Origin: Macrostomum lignano
Lineage: Eukaryota
Reading direction: 5' to 3'
NCBI GenBank assembly: GCA_002269645.1
Contig: NIVC01000611.1
Span: forward strand, 124,001-188,000
DNA length: 64,000 bases
The position numbers and the translations under genes were made by a program. The notes beneath the pieces are model-generated. The model saw only the letters and a program-made list of their open reading frames with translations. It was not told where the DNA came from and searched no databases. Each line of letters begins with the position of its first letter. Position 1 is the stretch's first letter. This document shows, piece by piece, positions 52,501-64,000 of the stretch.

Positions 52501-53460
52501 GTGCTAATGGGTATCTGAAATGTCTCATGTGCATCTCAAAAGAAGCGTTGATTACTTGTTGGAGACCATGGGTATCTGGAAAGGATGATGGGTATCTGAA
52601 AAGGACTATGGGTATCTGAAAAGGACTATGGGTATCTGGAAAGGACCATGGGTATCTGAAAAGGACCATGGGTATCTGAAAAGGACCATGGGTATCTGAA
52701 AAGGACCATGGGTCTCTTAAAATAACCATGGGGTGTCTGCATGAAAGGACCAGGAGTATCTTAAAATGACCATAGGGGTATCTGAAGAGGACCATGGGGT
52801 ATCTGAAGAGGACCATGGGGTATCTGAAGAGGACCATGGGGGTATCTGAAGAGGACCATGGGGTATCTGAAGAGGACCATGGGGTATCTGAAGAGGACCA
52901 TGGGGGTATCTGAAGAGGACCATGGGGTATCTGAAGAGGACCATGGGGGTATCTGAAGAGGACCATGGGGGTATCTGAACTGAAGAGGACCATGAGGTAT
53001 CTGAAGAGGACCATGGGGTATCTGAAAATGACCTGGATGTCTGAAAAGGACCATGGCCTGTGGGGGTATCTGGAAAGTACCATGGGGTACCGGAAAAGAC
53101 GACCATGGGTATATCTATAGGTGTCAAGGATTTTAGGAGTGTGCTATGATATTTAACAGCCATCCAAGCGCTATAATCAAGTGTCAGTCTTCAGTGACCA
53201 ATTGTCCCTTAGCAACCCAGACCGGAGCCACGCGGACACCTACTTGACGAGTCCAGGATGGTAGTTCTCGAACTCCTGGTAGGCTTGAATTCTGACGCAT
53301 TCGCCGCGGCCTCGGCCGCCGCAGGGCTGGCTGAAGCCCTTCGGTACGGGGCAGCAGACCGAAGCCTTGCTGGTTACGTTAGCAACGCAAACCGTTGTAT
53401 CAGGCCCAGAGACAACTGCGGCTGCTGCAGACTCAGCAGCATCAGAGCTAGCAACAACAT
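49529..53460 (-). CDS. TYR: Tyrosinase (type-3 copper protein), secreted; exons 53244-53460 (apparent 1-nt deletion near 53398), 52047-52367, 50525-51116, 49529-49969
   Basis: Signal peptide MLLLALMLLSL...; VCCPVP..CGGRGRGEC; DDRLMWPSRFF..CQC..YWGADCGEC; CuA VYVHR..LNHGGPGFMTWHR; CuB LHNK|VHNSV..NDPIFFMHH. Introns are phase-consistent. Confidence 0.93.
50150..50440. repeat. 14-bp intronic minisatellite GAGTCACTCCTGAA
   Basis: Direct reading. Confidence 0.9.
51650..51790 (-). mobile_element. SINE copy C (5'-truncated body), in a tyrosinase intron
   Basis: Reverse complement of 51715-51785 matches 13400-13458 (GCCTGCGTACAGT.TTGACGCGC.TGCATGTGCTCAGG). Confidence 0.6.
52560..53110. repeat. 22-23-bp intronic minisatellite GGTATCTGAAGAGGACCATGG(G)
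   Basis: Direct reading. Confidence 0.9.
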
Positions 53461-54009
53461 CCCGAATGCTCAATCTTCGACTTTTAATTAACTTTATTGA
53501 TGGCTCAGCCAAATTTAACTGACTTTGACCTTGAGCTGATATTAAAGCAAAAGTTTACGCCTGTTCAATGAATTGCTAGATCACTAGTGAGTCCGTGTAT
53601 TTTATTAATTTAAATAGGCCATTCTGAGTAATATAACCCAAATAACTCGTCTCTTAGCACCTGATTGGTTGGGGCCATCCAGTCAACAAGCCGATTTTAG
53701 TGTACACTGATAGGATGTACACACCAACCGCCCCACCCCACTCTATAACCCTGTTGTGATAAAGGCTTTCTCTAACCCCACCCCAACCTTTTGTCCGCGA
53801 CAATCCGCTTGCAACTGGCTGTTTACCACACCCACCCCTGATTTCCTTCCCCTCTCACCAACCACCCCAGCCGCAGTCAGGAGTTGCCGGAGCAGCCAAA
53901 AATCATTAACTGAGAGATGTGTCAGATAGGGGGCATCGTAACTGAATCACATGTACTGCCTACAGTTGCTCATAGCTAGTTAGGAATTGGTCATGCAGAA
54001 GCCAGATGT

Positions 54010-54160
54010 GTGTCAGCTAGTCATGGCAGTGAGTGGGATATTTGTGTCAGCTAGTCATGGCAGTGAGTGGGATATTTGTGTCAGCTAGTCATAGCAGTGT
54101 CAGATATTGGTGTGCAGTGAGGCAGATACTGATGTCAGCTAGTCATAGCAGTGAGTCAGA
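54010..54160. repeat. ~34-bp short tandem repeat GTGTCAGCTAGTCATGGCAGTGAGTGGGATATTT
   Basis: Four degenerate units. Confidence 0.75.
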
Positions 54161-54734
54161 CACCTTATAATATTCATATAGGATAGTATAGTACATATAG
54201 TGTTAGGAACTTCCTGGGTAAATAAGCAAATAACTCAGAGTTAGGAATCCATAACCAGCAACAAAATTATTTACCATTTGAAGGTACTTTCAATGACGCT
54301 CGTTAAGTTATTTGAAAATTTGAAAATCAGATACGCGGAATAATTTTGTATTTCATACCGGCCACACCGCGGGACAGTGTGCAATTAATAAAACAGACAG
54401 AATACGCCCCCGGTTGAACTGATAACAGCTAATTAATTTACGTTATCATAGTTTGACAGGAGCATACTACTATAAGTAAGAGACGCGAACATTAATAAAA
54501 GAAATGGGTTACAGAGCTAGAGCAGTCGCAGGCTAAAAACTGCATACAAAGGCAGATGCGCATAGCGGATATAGCATGAAAGCTGACACTGTCAATCAAG
54601 AAGGTGAACTCGCGCTGAAATCCACTACTTACTTAAAAAACATACTTTACAGGGCCTATTGCATGAATGCAATTTCTCGTCTAACTTCTAATTTTAGTAA
54701 CTAGCATTGCGATCCTGGGATTTGAGATGCCGGG

Positions 54735-55125
54735 ATCCTGAAAGGTGAACCAACTGAGTGAATTGGGAACCAACTGAGTGAATTGGGAACCAACTGAGTG
54801 AATTGGGAACCAACTGAGTGAATTGGGAACCAACTGAGTGAAAGGTGAACCAACTGAGTGAATTGGGAACCAACTGAGTAAATTGGGAACCAACTGAGTG
54901 AAAGGTGAACCAACTGAGTGAATTGGGAACCAACTGAGTGAATTGGGAACCAACTGAGTGAATTGGGAACCAACTGAGTGAATTGGGAACCAACTGAGTG
55001 AATTGGGAACCAACTGAGTGAATTGGGAACCAACTGAGTGAATTGGGAACCAACTGAGTAAATTGGGAACCAACTGAGTGAAAGGTGAACCAACTGAGTG
55101 AATTGGGAACCAACTGAGTGAATTG
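54735..55125. repeat. 20-bp minisatellite GGGAACCAACTGAGTGAATT (array 1)
   Basis: Direct reading. Confidence 0.95.
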
Positions 55126-55430
55126 GGATCCTGGGATTTGAGATGCCGGGATCCTGGGATTTGAGATGCTGGGTTCTTGGGATTTGAGATGCCGGGATCC
55201 TGGGATTTGAGATGCCGGGATCCTGGGATTTGAGATGCCGGGATCCTGGGATTTGAGATGCCGGGATCCTGGGATTTGAGATGCCGGGATCCTGGGATTT
55301 AAGATGCCGGGATCCTGGGATTTGAGATGCCGGGACCCTGGGATTTTAGATGCCGGGATCCTGGGATTTGAGATGCTGGGATCCTGGGATTTGAGATGCC
55401 GGGACCCTGGGATTTGAGATGCTGGGATTA
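55120..55430. repeat. 23-bp minisatellite GGGATCCTGGGATTTGAGATGCC
   Basis: Direct reading. A further unit lies at 54710-54730. Confidence 0.95.
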
Positions 55431-55622
55431 CAAATGTAGGGATCTAGAATTTCGACTGTCGGGGTTTTGAAATTTGTAAATGGGATATGGGATGTGGTTT
55501 AAGCTGGCTGGGATTACAACTCGAATGGAACACTATTCTCTGGAATTTTATACTACAGAAGCGCAGCCCAGCCTGGAAGCAGTTCCCTGATGATGCCAGT
55601 CAGCCTAATTACACAATCAAAC

Positions 55623-56659
55623 TCAAAACACCCGGCCAGAGCCCTTGGAACCCGCGGCAGGAGGCGGCGGCGGCGGCGGCCCCCCGGCGGGTCGCCAGGG
55701 CGCCAGCTGGCCGGACCGAGACACCGAAGGCAGGTTGACCGGCACTCGGGGCATCAGCGGCGGAGGCGCCGCCGGCGGCATCAGCGGCGGCGGCGGACGC
55801 GACAAAGATGAAGATGTCGACACCGCGGCAACGACAGGCTGCTGGCTGCCGCTGCCGGTCTTCTTGGCGGCGCCAGAAGCCAGCTTGAACTGGCCCAGAC
55901 AGGCACGCCGCTCCTCCAGCGAGATGTCCTCGTCGGGGTGGACCAGCTTAGCCTGCAGGCCGCCGGCCGCCGCGGCCGCATTGGCAGCCGAAGCCCACGG
56001 CTTGGCAACCCGAGGATAAGTGCTCAAATCCGAGCTCAGGCCCAGGTTGGGCTGCTTGTGCACCGAAGACGAAGCGACCGAGGACGATGAAGGAACTGCC
56101 GCGGACGGCACCAGCGGATGCGGCGGCGGCGGCGGCGGGAAGTGCGGGTGCTGCACGGTGGTCGGAGCCGAGAACGGCTGCAGCAGCGGCGGAGGCGGCG
56201 GAGGCGGCGGCACGGATGAGCCAAACGGCATGGCCACGGGCGGCGGGGGAACGGCAGGCCTGGCGGAGGCATTGGGATGTTCGGCGGCAGCCAGGCGGCC
56301 TGATCCTGCGGCTGCTTTTTCTTCTTCTCCGGCGGCTGCTGCTGCTCAGCCTCGGGATCTTGGCCGCGCTTCATCAACCGCCTGGCCTCCTGGTCCTCCT
56401 CTGGCACGCCCTGCATACCGTAGATTTCAATTTCTACGCTAGTCCTACCTTGCACAGCGTTGGGGATCTGCTCCACCTTCTCCTTGTGCACCTGGCCGCA
56501 GTGGATGACCAGGCCCGGCCCAGTGAACAGCTTCCTGTGGCACACGTGGCATTTGAAATGCTTCGCCTTCTGGTGATCGATGAGGATTTTCTCGTCTTCG
56601 AACTCGCGATTGCAGTACCAGCACCAGGGCTTCAGCTGCTTCTTCTTTTTGCGGCCCAT
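55623..56659 (-). CDS. ZNF207: ZNF207/BuGZ (BUB3-interacting GLEBS motif protein), apparently intronless, 1-nt frameshift in a C-run near 56245
   Basis: [71 protein letters not shown], and downstream [17 protein letters not shown] in the next frame. Confidence 0.93.
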
Positions 56660-56899
56660 CGCGCCAAGTTCAGACCTGCTTTTTAGCTAGGAAATACTCG
56701 CTAGGGTCAGGCAAATTGCTCAGCCAGACTCACTGATTAATGCGTTTGCTGAGGGGCAGCCGGCAGCACGCGGGTTTAAGAGACAGCAGGTCGCGCCTGG
56801 CTGATCTGGAATAGGGGGACGGCGATTGCTCATTGGTCAGCAAGTTCGGGCTAACTCGGTCTGGGACCAACTGGGGGACAACTACGGAACACTGACGGT

Positions 56900-57890
56900 G
56901 AATGGAAACCAACTGAGTGAATTGGGAACCAACTGAGTGAATTGGGAAGCAACTGAGTGAATTGGGAACCAACTGAGTGAATTGGGAACCAACTGAGTGA
57001 ATTGGGAACCAACTGAGTGAATTGGGAACCAACTGAGTGAATTGGGAACCAACTGAGTGAATTGGGAACCAACTGAGTGAATTGGGAACCAACTGAGTGA
57101 ATTGGGAACCAACTGAGTGAATTTGGAACCAACTGAGTGAATTGGGAACCAACTGAGTGAATTGGGAACCAACTGAGTGAATTTGGAACCAACTGAGTGA
57201 ATTGGGAACCAACTGAGTGAATTGGGAACCAACTGAGTGAATTGGGAACCAACTGAGTGAATTGGGAACCAACTGAGTGAATTGGGAACCAACTGAGTGA
57301 ATTGGGAACCAACTGAGTGAATGGCCCAATTGGGAACCAACTGAGTGAATTGGGAACCAACTGAGTGAATGGCCCAATGGGGAACCAAGTGAGTGAATGG
57401 GGAACCAACTGAGTGAATTGGGAACCAACTGAGTGAATGGGGAACCAACTGAGTGAATGAAGAACCGAGTGAATGGGGAACCAACTGAGTGAATGAGGAA
57501 CCAACTGAGTGAATGGGGAACCAACTGAGTGAATGGGAACCAACTGAGTGAATTGGGAAACAACTGAGTGAATGGGGAACCAACTGAGTGAATGGGAACC
57601 AACTGAGTGAATGAGGAACCAACTGAGTGAATGGGGAACCAACTGAGTGAATGGGGAACCAACTGAGTGAATTGGGAACCAACTGAGTGAATTGGGAACC
57701 AACTGAGTGAATTGGGAACCAACCGAGTTAATGGCCCAATGGGGAACCAAGTGAGTGAATGGGGAACCGAGTGAATTGGGAACCAACTGAGTGAATGGGG
57801 AACCAACTGAGTGAATGAAGAACCGAGTGAATGGGGAACCAACTGAGTGAATGAGGAACCAACTGAGTGAATGGTGAACCAACTGAGCAG
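56900..57890. repeat. 20-bp minisatellite GGGAACCAACTGAGTGAATT (array 2, same orientation as array 1)
   Basis: Direct reading. Confidence 0.95.
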
Positions 57891-60800
57891 CCAATTGACT
57901 GCAGAAACGATAAATTCTGGAAAATGGTTCTAATAGTAAAAATCCTAGTGCCATATGATGAGAAATAGATTGAATGCAGAGTACAGAGCCAGGTGTAGCC
58001 CAGAGACAAAGGGATTGATTCGATCCACATGATTTATTATTTAAATAAGCTGAGACCATTGACATAAAATAAAATCAATATACTATTTAATTAACTAATC
58101 AGTTAGCTTACTGCTCTCACATAATTATTGTCAAAGATGAAGTGTTTTGCGGGAGGTGACACTCTACGAAGATTCCCACACTGCAAAGAGTATATCAGTT
58201 ATGAACATAATTAAACTGTGTTTCCATTGCAAAAACACAATAAACTCTCACCAGAACTGATCTTCCAGCCTCGTCTACATGAGCAACCCCCTGATTACAA
58301 CGGCTGTGCGATTTACTTTTTGATCAAAAATGTGACTTACCTATGAAAGAAACCTAAGCAAAAGTTGAAGTATTTTTGGGTAAACGGCAGGAGTAACTAA
58401 GACTATATTATTAAGGCTAAATACCTCGTCATCAAATTAGCACTACATCCATATTTTTTCAGTGGCATTTTTGCAACTTACCTCGGCTGAACCGGGTGTG
58501 GCGCACGTTTGTTTATGGAGGAACTTACCAGGACAAGCAGCCTGTGGGTCAACTTTCTGGTTCAGCGAAATTCATTCACCTACTAATTAAGAGAGTCACC
58601 TTAAGATTAAGAAGAAAAGTCCTAATGGAAAAAATGATTTCTAGAGAATATTAGTCTTAGAACTAGAAAAAGTTGGAAGGGATTAAAACTTTTCATATTA
58701 GGCAAGATGAGGATGCAAACTTTTGCAGGGATCCCAGGATTTCTGTGTTATGGGAATGGGGTTGAAATTTTTCTGTACATGTAATATATTGAATAAGCAA
58801 TATAGAGATGGAATAGAAGAAAAATTCATGAAACTCATAAAACAAAACCTTAATGCCTATTGCAGACTCAAGTGAGAATACTATTTCAAATTAAATCTTT
58901 CACTTACATTAGTATCCTTTCTTAACTGTCACAGATTGAAAACATCATATTAGTGCCACCTGTGGAAGAGAATGTGTTGGCAAAACATTTAATAAACCTA
59001 GCCTAATATTCAAGAGCTAAACTTGAACTAAAAGTTTTTAAATAGTTTATAAGGACAAACAAAGAGCATATAATTTTAATTGACTATAGAGTTTTAAGAC
59101 CAAAAGCCATGACTTTTGACTTGATAAAAGTTGAATTTCATAACAAAGTAGACAACTTCTTGATTATAGGCTAAAATATATGTTTACAACTAGGGATTGA
59201 CTGACTGTGAATTTTTTGTGCACAATTGGAACTAGACCATGCATGAAACCATGTGCAACTGTGAATTTTTTATGACATACATTTTAATTTAAACACAACT
59301 ACTAGTATTAATAAGTACTACCAAGTCTAGTAATTTTTTTTTGATTTTAAGCTTTGTTTTTATCATATTTATTGCTTAACTGTATATCATTACGTGGCTT
59401 TGTTACATCTGCGCTGATTTGTTGCAATTTTGGTTTGCTTTTCACAATTGTATATTTCAGTATGTTGTGCTATGACTTAAAAAAGTAAAGTTTAAGTCAT
59501 AAAATTCATGAATTGTGATTGGTAAAAAACTGTCTGTGATTTTTTTTCCATGATCATGGTTGATCTAGTTCAAACTAATTATAGTTACTAAAAAGTTATA
59601 GCACTTATAGTCTTAAAAATGATTGCTTTGTAGTACCTAGCTATGTTTGAAAAGAAAGTGCTTCTTCTCTTGATGATATATTATAGCAAACACTAATTTG
59701 TACCAAAAATTTCTTTTTTGATAGCTCTTTTATTTTCCCTAAAAACCCACAATGCTATGATAGGTCTTTTGCCTCTTACCTAAATAATTCTGAGAGCATA
59801 AGTATATAGTACAGCTTATACACCTTTTGCAATGTCTAGCCACATCTCAGTGTATTATTGGCCTAAGCAGTTTACTATATATAAGTAGTACAAATGTATT
59901 ACATTCATTTTTTGCTAGACTTAGGCATTATCTCCAATCTTATAGTCTTATTTTCTGTCTTAGGGATCAGGAATACATACAAGAGTACATATAGTAGGAG
60001 TATATGCTAACAGCAAGTGCTATGACCCATGACCCTCTAATCTTAGTAATGCCCAGATTAGAGAAGTAGTAAATATTAGGCTACTAAGAATGCTAAGACC
60101 ACTATAATAAGACCACTTAGACTACTAAGAATGCTACTAGAATGCTACCAGAACACTACTAGAATGCTACTTAGACTCATACAAAGAAAGGATCGAATAT
60201 AGCAGTGGGATTATTAAAAGAGAAGTTTAACACTAGTACAACTTTGGTAGCATTAAGGAGATTAAATTAAAGGCCTGCAGCTTTGAAAGACAGGGGAAAA
60301 ATTTATAGTATTTTAAAATGTGCAAACTTTTTATCTGCTGCCTTTTTTGTTTGCCAGCTAATAAAATGATTTTAAAAAGAAAATAAAATTTAGATACTAT
60401 AGCTTATAAAGCTAACCTTTTATAATGAGATATTACAAGTCATTCAAAAGGAGTTATAATCAGATGTCATTTTTTATAAATGTAATTTTGTTTATTGCAA
60501 TATTTTAAAGAAATTTAATATAAAATTTAAATATCCATTAAGAAAAAAAGAGTTATAAGTTGCAGTTGAATACAATTCATATTCACTAGATTTTCTGAGC
60601 ATTGTTATTAGGCCTAGGCCTAGCCCTATCCAATGATGATAGGCCTAATGCATTTGCTATCCCTATTGTAAAGTTAATTCATTTTAAACAAAAAATTAAT
60701 ATATATGCATAGGCAACATTACATAGCCTAGGCCTATATTATAGATCAAAATTTGTGTCACTTAGGAAAAATCATTATTTTTATTTTTAGATATATATGC

Positions 60801-62799
60801 TTGTGCTTCTAATGTAATGAGTTCATTATCTTTACTATAAGTATAAACTTTTTAAGATATATAGATATTTGTTTTCAATAATATACTAGTGTCATACTTA
60901 GTCTTAATATTCTGTGGTAGAAAATGAATATAGGCCTATCAATATCATATTTTTGCATATGAAAGAATAGCAGACAAACTAGCAGTAAACAAAATGACTG
61001 TCAATCTTTAAAAAAACCTTTTTTATGAAACCCTTACTTAAATATTAAAAGTATTCATAATATAAAACTTTACTTTTTCTTCTATTTCAATTTTTAATTT
61101 GCCTTGCTACTATCGTTTGATCTACACATCTATGCAACTTAAGAATCATGAGATTAATTGGTTATGGCGAAGTTGGCTGGCTATTTCAGTTGTAATTTAA
61201 ATAAGTTTCTAATAAAACATTGTGAATTTGATTGATGATTTGAAAATATGTAATATTTATTATTTACTTAGGCCTACTCCCCACCTAGACTGAATTAGGC
61301 CTAATAACGACACTTGCTCACACAAGTTTTCTCTCGCACAAGTTAAATAAGAGCTAGGGGGCCTAGACTTGATACAGCAAAAACACAAACAGAAACACAT
61401 GCTTTTGCCATCTCATTAATTGAAATCCGCATTTCGATTTTACCTGCCTGCTTTTCAGCTGGTGTTAATCATATCTTTAAATAGGCCTAAACCTTTGTCG
61501 CATCATTTTTGTGTTGGAAATGCTTCTAGGTAGGAAATAGGAATTAGTTATGACCTAGCTGCGTCCTGCACTGTCGCGACAAGTTATTTACAATAATTAC
61601 CGATTTAAACTGACTTCGTACATGATGCTCAATATTATAACACAAATGGTACACTAATTAACACAAAACGCATTAAACTTTGCCGTTTAATGCGTTTTTG
61701 TGTTACGACCGCATCACCTATGTTTTCCATAAACATCGGCAATATAACATAAAAAACTCCCGATGTCTATCGAGCCGTAAAATGTTACCGTGTTATAGAA
61801 TACGGGTAGAATTCCGTTTTCTATGAAAGAATTTAAAATGCGCGCAGCCAGCCGTGCCCCACTCGTGAGGCCATTCTATCCTTGGAAAACACGGCCTTGC
61901 AGCCCAGTAATGAATGCAGCGGTGTAGCGCTGCATGTATTTCTGGCTTTATTTTACGTTGTATTTAATACATTTGCGCACGTATGCACCAGCCGGTTTTA
62001 TAAGCCACAGGTGATATTGGTAAACAAGTGTACAATTCAAATTGCATTTTAGCTAGCTAAATTAAAATAAGCCTGCCTATACATAAAATTTTACCACTTG
62101 CCAATTAGTTAGGCTTACACTTTACAGATTTATTTATTGCTCTTTAGACTTTGGAATCATTTAAAATTTACATAACTATCCAATTTTTTGTTTAGCCTAG
62201 GCAAAATGCATATTTAATAAGCTTTCTAGGCTTCTAAAATCTAATAGCAATAGATAAAAACTACCTACCTAGCTATGTTTTAACCTAATAGTAATACAAA
62301 GCCTTCTATTTCAAATCATTGATTATTTTCTACTATCAACTAGTAGGTCTAAGTCTAAAATATCTTCTTTTCTTTTGTGTTATAAAGCCTTTATGCTATA
62401 TTAGAATATGTTTTTTTAATGATAATAAGAATCTTTTTTTCTTTGGATCTAAAATTCATTTGGTTCTTCTTTAATTTAAGTAGCTTAGGCCTATCTATTT
62501 ATAAGACCTAAGCCTAGCCTATGTTTATAATGTTTTATATTAAAATGTTTTAATAATATTGTTTTATGGGAATCAAAAGTAGGAATATAACTATATAAGA
62601 TAAAGCATGCCTAGAATAAAAATCTTTTTGAAATAATTAGCCATAGTCTAATCAACTATAGACTAACTAATAACTATTCATTGCCACTATATAAAGTCAT
62701 GATATCCTTCTAGTTGTGACCTTTTTTCCCTCTAATGCTAGACCTTACCTTTTTCTTTCTAGCCCATATTCTCTTCTTTAGAGCCTCACCTTCTTTTCC

Positions 62800-63900
62800 C
62801 TTCAGTATTACCTTCCTCTCCAGTCCCACAATGTTTTCCCATTAAATTCTTACCCTTTTTTCATAATCTCACCCTTGTACCCTCTAGCCCCACCTTCCTA
62901 GCCTTTAGTTCCACTATCCTACCCTCCAGCCCCACCCTCCTTCCCTCTAGCCCCACCCTCCCCTCCAGCTTCCACCCTCTTCTCTCCTCTAGACCCATCC
63001 CTTCTTTCCAGCCCCACCCCTTCCCTCTAGCCCCACCCCTTCCCTCTAGCCCCACCCTTCCCTCCAGCCCCACCCCTTTCCTCTGGCCCTAACCCTCCCC
63101 TCTAGCTTCCACCCTCTTCTCCCCTCCAGCCTAACCCTCCTACCCTCTAGCCCTACCCTCCTTCCCTCCAGCCCCACCCTCCTACCCTCCAGCCCTGCCC
63201 TCCCTTCCAGCTTCCACCCTCTTCTCCCCTCCAGCCTCACCCTCCTCCCCTCCAGCCTCACCCTCCTTCCCTCCAGCCTCACCCTCCTACCCTCTAGCCC
63301 CACCTTCCTAGCCTCTAGTTCCACTATCCTACCTTCCAGCCCCACCCTCCTTCCCTCTAGCCCCACCCTCCCCTCCAGCTTCCACCCTCTTCTCCCCTCC
63401 AGCCCAACCCTCCTACCCTCTAGCCCCACCCTCCTTCCCTCCAGCCCCACCCTCCTACCCTCTAGCCCTACCCTCCTTCCCTGCAGCCTCACCCTCTTCT
63501 CTCCGCTAGCCTCATCCTCCTCTCTAGCCCTCACCCTTTCTCCTCTCTAACATCACCTTTTCTCCTCCAACCTCGTCCTCCTACCCTCTAGCCTCTACTC
63601 TCTTCTTTCCTTCAATACCCCCTCGTCCCCTCTAGCCCTACTATGTCCTCCAGTTGAATCCTCACCCTTTTCTCCCCAAAAACCTACCCTCTCAGTCTCC
63701 TTTCTTCCAGCCCCTATCCTTCTCTCCAGGACCTACCCTTGTTCTCTTTCAGCCTCGCTCTCATGTCCCCTCCAGCCCCACCCCCTTCTTCCCCCAGCCC
63801 CACTCTCTCCTCTTCAGCCCCATCCTCTCCTCCCCTCCAGCCTCACCCTCTCCTACCCCAGCCTCAACCTCTTCGCCCCTCCAGCCCCACCCTATTTTCC
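62800..63900. repeat. Pyrimidine-rich degenerate ~21-bp repeat (CCCTCTAGCCCCACCCTCCTT)
   Basis: Direct reading. Strong C/T strand bias. Confidence 0.85.
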
Positions 63901-64000
63901 TATTCAGCCTCACCCTTTCTCGTAGCTCTGCTAATAAAATTTAATTATCCTTTTCAGAAGTGAAAAATAATATTTCTATTTTCTCTCTTCAGAATGTCCT

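Overview
Animal (eukaryotic) genomic DNA with spliced genes whose introns are packed with minisatellites. The GC-rich exons, 14-40 bp minisatellites and platyhelminth-type tyrosinase suggest a free-living flatworm such as Macrostomum (inference, not verified). Six host genes were reconstructed by hand with phase-consistent GT-AG splicing: a class A peptide-type GPCR (+), a ZDHHC1/11-like palmitoyltransferase (-, 9 exons), a J-domain/zinc-finger protein (+), an N-acylated EF-hand protein (+), a tyrosinase (-) and ZNF207/BuGZ (-). Mobile DNA includes a complete but frameshifted P-superfamily THAP transposon (14-bp TIR, 7-bp TSD), a Tc1 deletion derivative, a Tourist-like MITE, an IS630/Tc1-like remnant, a tRNA-derived SINE family and two copies of a LOA-type non-LTR retrotransposon (APE-RT-RNaseH). 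Top finding: the exact 5' end of the retrotransposon, defined independently by its TSD, folds by hand into an HDV-like nested double-pseudoknot ribozyme with a non-canonical A-U pair in P1.1 and very long J1/2 and P4 inserts. Three host genes each carry an apparent single frameshift, so assembly indel errors are likely. Tandem-array coordinates are approximate (about +/-15 bp).
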